From: Patescibacteria group bacterium
GTDB taxonomy: Bacteria > Patescibacteriota > Minisyncoccia > UBA6257 > GWB1-50-10
Assembly (NCBI GenBank): GCA_024239035.1
Contig: JANBVK010000001.1
Location: 423,062 to 487,061 of the forward strand
Length of the DNA stretch: 64,000 bases
Direction of reading: 5' to 3'
A program made the translations under genes and the position numbers. Shown here piece by piece: positions 28,520 through 36,181 of this stretch (position 1 is its first letter; each line of letters starts with the position of its first letter). The notes below the pieces were generated by a model. It saw only the letters and a list, made by a program, of their open reading frames with translations, did no database searches and was not told the DNA's origin.

Positions 28520-28744
28520 TTAAACCCAACCGCTTCCGCCGCACGCGCTGCACCGTCCATTGCCACCGCAACCACTACACTTTCCACCGCCTCGGCAATG
28601 CTGACAAGTCTCCTTCGGCATCCAAGGCTTGTGGATATTACCTTCCCCCCTGCAGTTTATGCAGATGCCTTTTCCATAACACTTGAAGCATTTTCCTTTT
28701 CCTCCTCTGCACAATTGGCACTCTTTTTTTTCGTGCTGAGACAT
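28520..28744 (-). CDS. Small standalone DnaJ-type CxxCxGxG zinc-finger protein
   Basis: 74 aa with six CxxCxG repeats; SD GAGG upstream. Confidence 0.8.
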   Translation of the reverse strand: MSQHEKKECQLCRGGKGKCFKCYGKGICINCRGEGNIHKPWMPKETCQHCRGGGKCSGCGGNGRCSACGGSGWV

Positions 28745-28805
28745 GATTGTCCTCTCTGCTTATAGGGCTCGTGTTTTCAGAACTTGGAACTTAAGTTTCT
28801 AATTC

Positions 28806-28840
28806 ATAATATATCATAGAGCATATAGTTTGTCAAATTA
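28806..28840 (-). repeat. Promoter-containing direct repeat, copy 2
   Basis: 34/35 identical to copies 1 and 3. Confidence 0.9.
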
Positions 28841-28879
28841 AAGCTTCTTTGTCTTTGAAAAGAGAAACGCCACCAATAA

Positions 28880-28914
28880 GAAAAAGCCCCTACGATTTAT
28901 TTGTCGCAAGGGCC
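28880..28914 (-). terminator. Probable intrinsic terminator of the 165-aa unit
   Basis: Minus strand gcccttgcgac...tcgtaggggc followed by ttttt. Confidence 0.65.
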
Positions 28915-28970
28915 TGATTCCTCTATGTGCCCACCAAAAGGTGGGTAATAGAAATCCAGTGCTAGGGTTA

Positions 28971-29468
28971 CTACTCGCTGGAGATGGCGATACGGTCGCT
29001 CCGGAAGAGATATGCGTTATTGTACCCATTCTCCAAAAGGTACCAGCGGCATTTCCAGTATCCACCCATCTGAGGGAGGCTTAAGCCGAGCCGTCCATAG
29101 TCATGGTTGGAATCTACCACAACTATACCTGGGAAAAGAATAGAAATACTACCGCGGAGCGCTACTAATTCAGGGAATTCGTTTTGATGTTCTACGAGCC
29201 AGGCAGCGTGCTGATAACCAAGTAGGAAATCTAGCTTCGGTGCGATGCGGCACTCATACTCAAATGGGTTGATATAATCCTCATCGTCCCGCAGAATAGT
29301 GCCTAGTCGGAATGTAACCTCCCCCGTTGGAGAACTATCCCGCTCAATCCTCTTAATTGAGGAACGATCCATTCGGACGTTCTCTAGGGTTGGCCGCCGA
29401 AGACCTGGGATCTGTAACGTGAGTTCATCAGCTAGGATGATAGCCTCAGCAGTTGGCTGTTGTGACAT
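28971..29468 (-). CDS. Hypothetical protein
   Basis: 165-aa ORF with strong SD AAGGAGG, own promoter repeat and terminator. Confidence 0.75.
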   Translation of the reverse strand: MSQQPTAEAIILADELTLQIPGLRRPTLENVRMDRSSIKRIERDSSPTGEVTFRLGTILRDDEDYINPFEYECRIAPKLDFLLGYQHAAWLVEHQNEFPELVALRGSISILFPGIVVVDSNHDYGRLGLSLPQMGGYWKCRWYLLENGYNNAYLFRSDRIAISSE

Positions 29469-29530
29469 GTTCTCTCCTCCTTATGTCAAGTATTGTTAGT
29501 TACCCATCTTCAACTGTAAGTTTCTGGTTC

Positions 29531-29565
29531 ATAATATATCATAGAGTATATAGTTTGTCAAATTA
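29531..29565 (-). repeat. Promoter-containing direct repeat, copy 3
   Basis: Identical to copy 1; lies 56 bp upstream of the divergent tRNA-Leu. Confidence 0.9.
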
Positions 29566-29621
29566 AGGTTTAGGTTATATAATATCACTTACTTGAAGGG
29601 CAGGTGGTGTTCGCCCGCAAT

Positions 29622-29703
29622 GCCGAAGTGGCGGAATTGGCAGACGCGCCAGGTTTAGGACCTGGTGGGGAAACCCGTGAGAGTTCGAGTCTCTCCTTCG
29701 GCA
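29622..29703 (+). tRNA. tRNA-Leu (TAG)
   Basis: Acceptor GCCGAAG/CTTCGGC, anticodon arm CCAGG-TTTAGGA-CCTGG, long variable arm, GTTCGAG T-loop; CCA not encoded. Confidence 0.97.
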
Positions 29704-29704
29704 C

Positions 29705-29897
29705 ACCTGAAATTTTAGATGCCTTTTGTGGTATCTAAAATTTTATCTGAAGGTAGGGAATCGAACACGAAGGGGGGTCGGGGGAAAGTTTGAGGTTCCC
29801 CCGTGTTGGAAATTATTCAAAACCGAGGGTTGTGAAAGCGCACCGAGCACATAAAGCCTTATGTGCTCGGGAGCAGTGAGATTCTCTCCTTCGGCAC
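29705..29897 (+). mobile_element. Non-coding tRNA-3'-associated element, copy A
   Basis: Ends with an exact 15-bp duplicate of the tRNA-Leu 3' end; 80-bp core homologous to the element behind tRNA-Ser. Mobility is inferred. Confidence 0.65.
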
Positions 29898-29901
29898 TAA
29901 C

Positions 29902-29939
29902 TTGAACGGCTCAACGACATTCCTCGTTGAGCCGTTCGA
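29902..29939. repeat. Inverted repeat related to 11446-11487
   Basis: gaacggctcaacga-cattcc-tcgttgagccgttc. Confidence 0.8.
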
Positions 29940-29981
29940 TAATATTGACAAAGTTCCTGATAGGACATACTTTGAGAAATA

Positions 29982-30464
29982 ATGAACCTGCTTTTTAATA
30001 GTTCTTTTGGATTAAAACTCGATGTCGCCCAGGTGGTTCGGGAAGTCGTGCGTTTCATGAAGGCTGATCCGAAAAGACAGTACAAAATTATTATTGGCAC
30101 GGACTCAGAACGGTTAGCCAGTAAAGACGCCGATTTCGTGACGGCGGTAGTGGTTCATCGTTTAGGAAACGGCGGCAGGTATTTTTGGCGGCGAATTAAA
30201 TTAGGAAAGTTTCATACAATCCGCGACCGGATTATCAAAGAAGTTATGCTTTCTCTCGAGACGGCACATCTCGTATTAGCGGAGCTAAAAAAAGACCCCC
30301 TCTCTGATAACTGGGGTTTTGAAATCCACGCTGATATTGGCGAGAACGGTGAGACTAAGGTACTTATCCAGGAAGTGGTAGGTATGATCAGGGCAAATAA
30401 TTTTGAGGTAAAGACTAAGCCCGATAGTTACGCCGCGACCAAGGTGGCAGACAGGCATGTATGA
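29982..30464 (+). CDS. RNase H-like YkuK (DUF458) family protein
   Basis: IIIGTDS, AVVVHRLGNGGRYF, EIHADIG and KPDSYAATKVAD motifs. Confidence 0.9.
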   Translation: MNLLFNSSFGLKLDVAQVVREVVRFMKADPKRQYKIIIGTDSERLASKDADFVTAVVVHRLGNGGRYFWRRIKLGKFHTIRDRIIKEVMLSLETAHLVLAELKKDPLSDNWGFEIHADIGENGETKVLIQEVVGMIRANNFEVKTKPDSYAATKVADRHV

Positions 30465-31033
30465 ACGACAAGATAGTTTTTGACATTGAAACAAAAAATT
30501 TATTTTCTGACGTTGGCGGTGAAGAAAATATAGATAAACTTGACGTTTCAGTAGTCGGCGTGTACTCGTATGATAAGGACGAGTATGTTTGTTTTGATGA
30601 GCAGGAACTTGATAAGCTCGGCGAGATGCTTAAAAATGCCGGGCTTTTGATAGGGTTTTGGAGCAAGCATTTTGATGTGCCGGTTTTGGAGAAATATTTT
30701 AAATTTAACTTATCCGCCATTCCTCATTTCGATATTTTAGAAGAAATTCAGAAGGAATTTGGCAGACGGATTAGCTTAGGATTACTGGCAGAAGCTAATT
30801 TGAATATTGGGAAAACCGGCCATGGTCTGGAAGCAATTGAAATGTACCGAAAGGGAGAAATTGAAAAATTAAAAAGTTATTGTCTCCAAGACGTGAAAGT
30901 AACAAAAGAAATCTTTGACCTTATCAAGAATCAGGGGTATCTTTGGATACCGCAAAGGGACGTCCCGCAGATGATTAAATTACCCTTAACTTACAAAGAA
31001 GAAATTTCTCCCCAGAATCAATTATTTGGATAG
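30461..31033 (+). CDS. RNase H-like / DEDD 3'-5' exonuclease domain protein (YprB-like)
   Basis: VFDIET, HFDVPVL, HFDIL and YCLQDV motifs. Confidence 0.88.
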   Translation: MNDKIVFDIETKNLFSDVGGEENIDKLDVSVVGVYSYDKDEYVCFDEQELDKLGEMLKNAGLLIGFWSKHFDVPVLEKYFKFNLSAIPHFDILEEIQKEFGRRISLGLLAEANLNIGKTGHGLEAIEMYRKGEIEKLKSYCLQDVKVTKEIFDLIKNQGYLWIPQRDVPQMIKLPLTYKEEISPQNQLFG

Positions 31034-31118
31034 TCAAATTTCCCTGCCTGCCGGCAGGTAAGTACTACTGGGGTTGACCTCAAAACCGGAAATGCGTAAC
31101 CTATAAGTGTATAAACCA

Positions 31119-31430
31119 ATGAATCCTCGAAAGAACAAAACATTAGTTACCGTCGTCGTGCTTTTTATGGTGTTCGGGTTGGTGATGGCCTATATTCCTT
31201 TCCTGTCTCCGCGGTCACTTGCGCCAGGAACCAGCGATCAGTTTTCACCGCCACAACCTCATGCGGCAACATTGGTATCACCACCAGTAGAAGTAGTGGA
31301 GGAAGTTGAGAAAGTTCAGGACTCAACTTCTTCAGAAAAAGTATCTCCACCGGAGAGTTTCTTAGGCTTAGAAGAAGAGAGTGAATTACTTGGTGAACTT
31401 GACAGTCTTTTGGATGATCTAGATCAGTAA
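31119..31430 (+). CDS. Hypothetical single-TM protein with acidic tail
   Basis: ORF with N-terminal TM; followed by a terminator. Confidence 0.65.
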   Translation: MNPRKNKTLVTVVVLFMVFGLVMAYIPFLSPRSLAPGTSDQFSPPQPHAATLVSPPVEVVEEVEKVQDSTSSEKVSPPESFLGLEEESELLGELDSLLDDLDQ

Positions 31431-31452
31431 TTTATATTTTGTGAAAGTGTTT

Positions 31453-31489
31453 AATTATTACCCGGACATTAGTCCGGGTAATTTTTTTT
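31453..31489 (+). terminator. Intrinsic terminator
   Basis: attacccggac-atta-gtccgggtaat followed by a T-run. Confidence 0.8.
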
Positions 31490-31603
31490 GCAAGTATGAT
31501 GATATTGATATAATTTATGATTTTTATTAGAATATGCTGCAGGCACTTTAAAAAAATAGTTTAGTAATCACAATTCCGCTTCTTGGTTCTAGGAGGTGAG
31601 TTC

Positions 31604-32009
31604 ATGGGTCAGGGACTAGCTTTGGGAGACGGGGCGTTCATTAAAGATCCGGTGTTGGAGTGGCACAAGTGGCGACCCATCCTCGGTCCACACCTTAGAG
31701 TGGGAATGAGTACGGTTATCAGTACCGATGAGGAGATTTATTAGATATCACCTTTCAATCGCGTTACCGGGAGAGGTAATCGGAGATGACGGCAAGCCGA
31801 CTTTTGTCCCGCTCTACATCAAGTTGGTAGATTCAGGGAATAGGGAATGCACCTACATCCGAGTGGATGCCCAAATGAACTTCGAAGAGGCTGATTCTAA
31901 AAAACCCAGTTCCTTCGTTGTCGCGGCTCGCCGGGTTGAGGAATGTACTGTCCCGCCGATTCTAAAACGAGCGATGCCAAGGAGAGCGCCGCCAAGACGT
32001 ATGAGGTGA
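31604..32009 (+). pseudogene. Probable frameshifted accessory gene (46-codon ORF plus overlapping 93-aa ORF)
   Basis: SD AGGAGGT at 31591, ATG 31604 to TAG 31744; a second ORF in another frame runs 31728-32009; terminator follows. Confidence 0.45.
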
Positions 32010-32030
32010 ATTACCCAGTTTTAAGATTTA

Positions 32031-32062
32031 GAGCCCCGTGCTTATTACAGGCGGGGCTCTTC
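32031..32062 (+). terminator. Probable terminator hairpin
   Basis: gagccccg...cggggctc. Confidence 0.6.
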
Positions 32063-32144
32063 ATGTTTTCTTATCGGCATTTACACAGCCGCTTAATTTG
32101 GTTATATTTAGAAAGTTAAAAGCCCCGATAGGCTTATAAAATAG

Positions 32145-33989
32145 ATGAAAACGTTTAGCAAAAATCTGTTTTGGGCAATCGCGACGTTTATTTTAATAAC
32201 GATTGTCTTTTCATTGCTCTTTAACTTAGGCACCCAAAAGCCGCCGGTGCTGAGCATTAATGAGGTGGTAAAGAAAATTAACGCCGGAGAAGTTAAAAGT
32301 ATTGCAGTATCCGGCGACTCCTTGGAACTTGTTTTGCAAGATGAGAGCAAGGCTGTCTCACAAAAAGAAGAAGAGACAAGTTTAACTGAAACTTTCAGCA
32401 ACTTCGGCGTTGAGTCCCAAGCACTCCAGTCCGTTGAACTCACCGTTAAAGAAGAAGGCGGAGTGAGGTTTTGGCTTGGAATTCTTATTCCAACCCTGCT
32501 TCCGATAATCATCATAGTTCTAATTTTTTGGTGGATTTTTCGTCAGGCAAAAACCGGTGTCAATCAGGCATTTTCTTTTGGTAAGGTAAATTTAAAATTA
32601 TTCACCCCTTCGCGCAAGAAAACAACCTTTAAAGACGTAGCCGGTCTTAAAGAATCTAAGGAAGAGTTAGAAGAAATTGTTGATTTCTTAAAGAGTCCAA
32701 AAAAATTCTTGGACATTGGGGCTCGAATTCCAAGAGGAGTCCTTTTAATGGGTCCACCAGGAACGGGGAAAACGCTTTTAGCCCGCGCAGTTGCCGGTGA
32801 ATCAAACGTTCCCTTCTTTCATATTTCTGCTTCAGAGTTTGTTGAAATGTTTGTTGGGGTTGGCGCGAGCCGCGTGCGAGACCTTTTTAAAACCGCGAAA
32901 AAAGCATCTCCGTCCATTATATTTATTGATGAGATTGATGCGGTTGGCCGCGAACGCGGCGCGGGTTTGGGCGGCGGACATGATGAGAGGGAACAGACCC
33001 TAAACCAAATTTTAGTTGAGATGGACGGGTTTGACAGAGATACAAATGTAATTGTTATGGCGGCAACAAACCGTCCAGATATTTTGGATCCGGCACTGCT
33101 CCGTCCCGGTAGGTTTGACAGGCGGGTTATTTTAGATATGCCTGACATCAATGATCGGGAGGCGATTTTAAAAATCCACGCCAGAGGCAAGCAACTTGAT
33201 AAGTCAGTAAATCTTAAAGCTGTAGGGGTAAGAACGCCGGGATTCTCCGGTGCAGATTTAGCAAACCTGGTAAACGAAGCCGCAATTTTAGCTGCTCACT
33301 CTAATCGTAAGCACATTACCCAGAATGATTTCTTTGAATCGGTTGAAAAAGTTATGCTTGGACCTGAGCGGAAAAGCAGGGTTGTTTCAGAAAGAGAAAG
33401 AGAGATAACTGCCTATCATGAAGCGGGGCATGCGCTTGTAGCGGCGAGTTTAAAAGACTCTGATCCGGTTCATAAGGTTTCTGTTGTGAGCCGAGGTATT
33501 GCCGGCGGGTACACACTGAAACTTCCCACCGAAGAGCGGAGACTAAAAACTAAAGCACAGTTTTTGGCAGATCTCGCAGTCGCCTTTGGCGGGTACGCCG
33601 CAGAACTTTTAAAGTTTAAAGATCTCTCAACAGGTTCATCTAATGACATTCACCAGGCAACCGCCCTCGCTCATAGGCTGGTTACTCAATATGGGATGAG
33701 TGATAAATTAGGACCCCGAACGTTTGGCAAAACCCAAGAGATGGTGTTTTTGGGCAGGGAGATTTCGACAGAAAAGGATTATTCGGAAGAGGTCGCTTCA
33801 CAAATTGACGAAGAAGTGAACAGTTTGATTAATAAAGCGCTTTCAGCCGCAAAGAGAATCGTATCTACCAAGAGACGGGTACTTGAGAAAATCGCCAAAA
33901 CGCTCATCGAGAAAGAAACGCTCGAGCAGAAGGAATTTTACAAAATCATAAAAAGCTTTAAACTAAGGCCGGTAAGGGTAGTAGGGTAG
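32145..33989 (+). CDS. ftsH: ATP-dependent zinc metalloprotease FtsH
   Basis: Two TMs, [27 protein letters not shown] and HEAGH motifs. Confidence 0.99.
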   Translation: MKTFSKNLFWAIATFILITIVFSLLFNLGTQKPPVLSINEVVKKINAGEVKSIAVSGDSLELVLQDESKAVSQKEEETSLTETFSNFGVESQALQSVELTVKEEGGVRFWLGILIPTLLPIIIIVLIFWWIFRQAKTGVNQAFSFGKVNLKLFTPSRKKTTFKDVAGLKESKEELEEIVDFLKSPKKFLDIGARIPRGVLLMGPPGTGKTLLARAVAGESNVPFFHISASEFVEMFVGVGASRVRDLFKTAKKASPSIIFIDEIDAVGRERGAGLGGGHDEREQTLNQILVEMDGFDRDTNVIVMAATNRPDILDPALLRPGRFDRRVILDMPDINDREAILKIHARGKQLDKSVNLKAVGVRTPGFSGADLANLVNEAAILAAHSNRKHITQNDFFESVEKVMLGPERKSRVVSEREREITAYHEAGHALVAASLKDSDPVHKVSVVSRGIAGGYTLKLPTEERRLKTKAQFLADLAVAFGGYAAELLKFKDLSTGSSNDIHQATALAHRLVTQYGMSDKLGPRTFGKTQEMVFLGREISTEKDYSEEVASQIDEEVNSLINKALSAAKRIVSTKRRVLEKIAKTLIEKETLEQKEFYKIIKSFKLRPVRVVG

Positions 33990-33993
33990 TGAC

Positions 33994-34065
33994 GGGCATG
34001 TAGCTCAATGGCAGAGCGCCAAGCTTATACCTTGGTGGTTCCTGGTTCGAATCCAGGCATGCCCA
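33994..34065 (+). tRNA. tRNA-Ile (TAT anticodon)
   Basis: Acceptor GGGCATG/CATGCCC, anticodon arm CCAAG-CTTATAC-CTTGG, T-arm CCTGG-TTCGAAT-CCAGG, discriminator A. Confidence 0.92.
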
Positions 34066-34084
34066 CCCTAATAAAATAATTAGA

Positions 34085-34160
34085 GGGCGTTTAGCTCAGC
34101 CCCAACGGGGCCCCTTCGGGGTGGTAGAGGTGTCGGGGGGCGTATTTCTCCGTTTACACC
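34085..34160 (+). pseudogene. Disrupted 5'-half copy of tRNA-Val(TAC)
   Basis: gggcgtttagctcag[22 nt]tggtagag[~21 nt]cgtttacacc matches the adjacent tRNA-Val in three blocks; no T-arm or 3' acceptor strand. Confidence 0.6.
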
Positions 34161-34190
34161 CTATTAGATTCTAAGTATGGTTAACCCTAA

Positions 34191-34262
34191 GGGCGCTTAG
34201 CTCAGTGGTAGAGCGACTCGTTTACACCGAGTAGGCCCGGGGTTCGATCCCTCGAGCGCCCA
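34191..34262 (+). tRNA. tRNA-Val (TAC)
   Basis: Acceptor GGGCGCT/AGCGCCC, anticodon arm ACTCG-TTTACAC-CGAGT, GTTCGATC T-loop. Confidence 0.97.
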
Positions 34263-34301
34263 CACTTCGACTCGCATCCGCTCGCTCAGTGCGAGAGCAC
34301 C

Positions 34302-35186
34302 TTATTTTCTTCTGCGAGCGTGAAACGCTTCGTGTATGTCCCGGAGGTCTTTATTGGTGAGATGGGTGTAAACTTGAGTAGTTGAGATGTTCGCGTGGCC
34401 TAGAAGTTCCTGCACCGAGCGAAGGTCGGCACCGTTTATAAGGAGATCGGTTGCGAATGAATGGCGAAGCTGGTGAACATGCACCTTTTTGGGAATACCG
34501 GCTTGTCGTCCTCGAAGGTCTACTGCTCTTTGCACTGCCCGTGGTGTAATGCGGTCGAGCGCACCACCACTTCTTGAGAGACTTATAAATAATGCTTCAT
34601 TAGCATCTTCTCGTTTGTCTAAATATTTCTTGAGCGCTCGCTTTGTACCAACGGATAAAAAAACAACCCTTAACTTGTCTCCCTTACCGCGTACGGAAAT
34701 TTCCCCGCGACTCATATCTATTTTACGGTTTAAACTACAGAGTTCTGAGAGACGAAGACCGGTTGAAAATAAAGTTTCTAAAATTGCTCTGTCGCGAAGT
34801 GAACGTAGATCATTGCCCTTTGGAGCTTGGAGCAATCGCTCAAGCTCGTTGTAATCCAACGTTTCGATGTCCCTCCTCACAACTTTTGGAAGCTCAATAG
34901 TTTCAGGCGGTAATACCTTAATACCGCGTTTCACAAGATATTTTAAGAAGTTTCTGAGAGCAATTACGTAGTAACTTTGAGTGATTTTTTTAAGTTTACC
35001 CCGGCCGAGCAATATGCGGAAATCTCGAATCACTTCTTGAGTGATTTCTTTAGGAGAACGAATGTGGGATTTTTCTATAAATACACGAAGATATTGTTCG
35101 TAATTCTCCCGTGTTTTTGGGGAGCGGTTTTTTTCAATTTCTAGGTAATCAAGATAATCTTTTAATAATTTTTCTATTTCAGACAT
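34302..35186 (-). CDS. xerC: XerC/XerD-like tyrosine recombinase
   Basis: SAM-like N-domain, RDRAILETLFSTGLRLSEL, GKGDK, HQLRHSFAT and LLGH..TTQVYT. Start at 35186 or 35195. Confidence 0.9.
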   Translation of the reverse strand: MSEIEKLLKDYLDYLEIEKNRSPKTRENYEQYLRVFIEKSHIRSPKEITQEVIRDFRILLGRGKLKKITQSYYVIALRNFLKYLVKRGIKVLPPETIELPKVVRRDIETLDYNELERLLQAPKGNDLRSLRDRAILETLFSTGLRLSELCSLNRKIDMSRGEISVRGKGDKLRVVFLSVGTKRALKKYLDKREDANEALFISLSRSGGALDRITPRAVQRAVDLRGRQAGIPKKVHVHQLRHSFATDLLINGADLRSVQELLGHANISTTQVYTHLTNKDLRDIHEAFHARRRK

Positions 35187-35303
35187 TAATTTCATTATAT
35201 CAGAAGTGTCGTAAAAGGAGGATTGTTGCGTCAAAAATTCTTTTGACGCAAAATCCCGCGGAGATCTTACAACGCCTTGAAAAATGCCATAAAATCTCCA
35301 TCT

Positions 35304-35332
35304 TTGACATTTTTTCGCTTTTATAGTAGCCT
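35304..35332 (+). promoter_or_regulatory. Putative sigma70 promoter of rpsO
   Basis: TTGACA-N17-TAGCCT. Confidence 0.5.
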
Positions 35333-35348
35333 TGTATTTAACATCTAA

Positions 35349-35615
35349 ATGCTCTCTAAAAGAAAGAAACAGTTTGCTATTAAGGAATACCAAAAACATA
35401 AGACTGATACGGGATCCGCGGAAGTACAGGTTGGGCTTTTGACGAAGCGGATTAAAGAATTAGCGGATCATCTAAAAAAGCACCCGAAAGATCACCATTC
35501 TCGACGGGGACTTTTGATAATGGTGGGTAAACGTAGAAAGTTTTTACAATACCTTCGTCGGGAAAATGAAAAAGTTTACGATAAACTGGCGAAGAAACTA
35601 AAATTAGAGGTTTAA
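35349..35615 (+). CDS. rpsO: 30S ribosomal protein S15
   Basis: DTGSAEVQV and [12 protein letters not shown] motifs. Confidence 0.99.
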   Translation: MLSKRKKQFAIKEYQKHKTDTGSAEVQVGLLTKRIKELADHLKKHPKDHHSRRGLLIMVGKRRKFLQYLRRENEKVYDKLAKKLKLEV

Positions 35616-35633
35616 CACTGACATCAGGTTTTT

Positions 35634-36176
35634 ATGAAGGATAGTATTGATACTAAAAAGTATCCAGCCCAGCGGGTGGGGATTTTTATTGACGTTCAAA
35701 ATGTTTACCATTCAGCTAAAAATCTTTATAACTCCAGAGTTAATTTTCAGGAATTAATTAAAACGTTATTGGGGAACCGCCACCTAATCAGGGCGGTGGC
35801 TTACGTTGTAAAGAGTGAAACTGCCTTAGGAGAAAAGTCTTTTTTCGAGGCGTTAAAGAAAACTGGTTTGGAGCTTAGAATAAAAGACCTTCAGATATAC
35901 TCTAGTGGGGCCAAGAAGGCCGACTGGGATGTAGGTATGGCGGTGGATGCAATACGGATGGCGAATTCTTTAGATGTAGTTATCTTAGTGACTGGCGATG
36001 GAGATTTTGTTCCTTTAGTTGAGTATTTGAAGTGGGGTTTGGGGAGGCAAGTTGAAGTTGCTGCCTTTAGTCGTACTACATCAGGACGCCTTAAAGAATC
36101 GGCCGAAAAGTTTATTGAACTAGAGAACGTACCTAGAGTGTTGCTGAAGATTAGAAAAAGGGCGAGCAGTAAGTGA
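35634..36176 (+). CDS. NYN domain (LabA/DUF88) protein
   Basis: FIDVQN, KADWDVGMAVD and TGDGDFVPL motifs. Confidence 0.92.
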   Translation: MKDSIDTKKYPAQRVGIFIDVQNVYHSAKNLYNSRVNFQELIKTLLGNRHLIRAVAYVVKSETALGEKSFFEALKKTGLELRIKDLQIYSSGAKKADWDVGMAVDAIRMANSLDVVILVTGDGDFVPLVEYLKWGLGRQVEVAAFSRTTSGRLKESAEKFIELENVPRVLLKIRKRASSK

Positions 36177-36181
36177 TAGCC

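Noticed and set aside
26500-28686. Several plus-strand ORFs (e.g. 26500-27069, 27884-28222, 28447-28686)
   Set aside because: Antisense shadows of minus-strand genes that have SD, promoter and terminator support
28393-29565. CRISPR array interpretation of the 35-bp repeats
   Set aside because: The intervening segments are 378 and 690 bp and contain whole genes; only three copies; no cas genes in the window
29520-29565. Canonical dif/pdif site within the repeat
   Set aside because: The XerC-like and XerD-like pieces are separated by about 18 bp rather than 6-8 bp, so it is noted only as partial resemblance
34085-34262. Intron-containing or permuted tRNA-Val
   Set aside because: The downstream tRNA-Val is already complete, and the upstream copy lacks a 3' half and any group I or BHB features
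34302-35399. 365-aa version of the recombinase, and a prophage/island integrase call
   Set aside because: The N-terminal 70 codons overlap rpsO and its promoter and look non-coding; the protein resembles housekeeping XerC/D and is followed by core genes, not island cargo
35634-36176. NYN nuclease as a defence or toxin module
   Set aside because: It sits in the rpsO-pnp housekeeping operon with no partner gene; an RNA-metabolism role is more parsimonious
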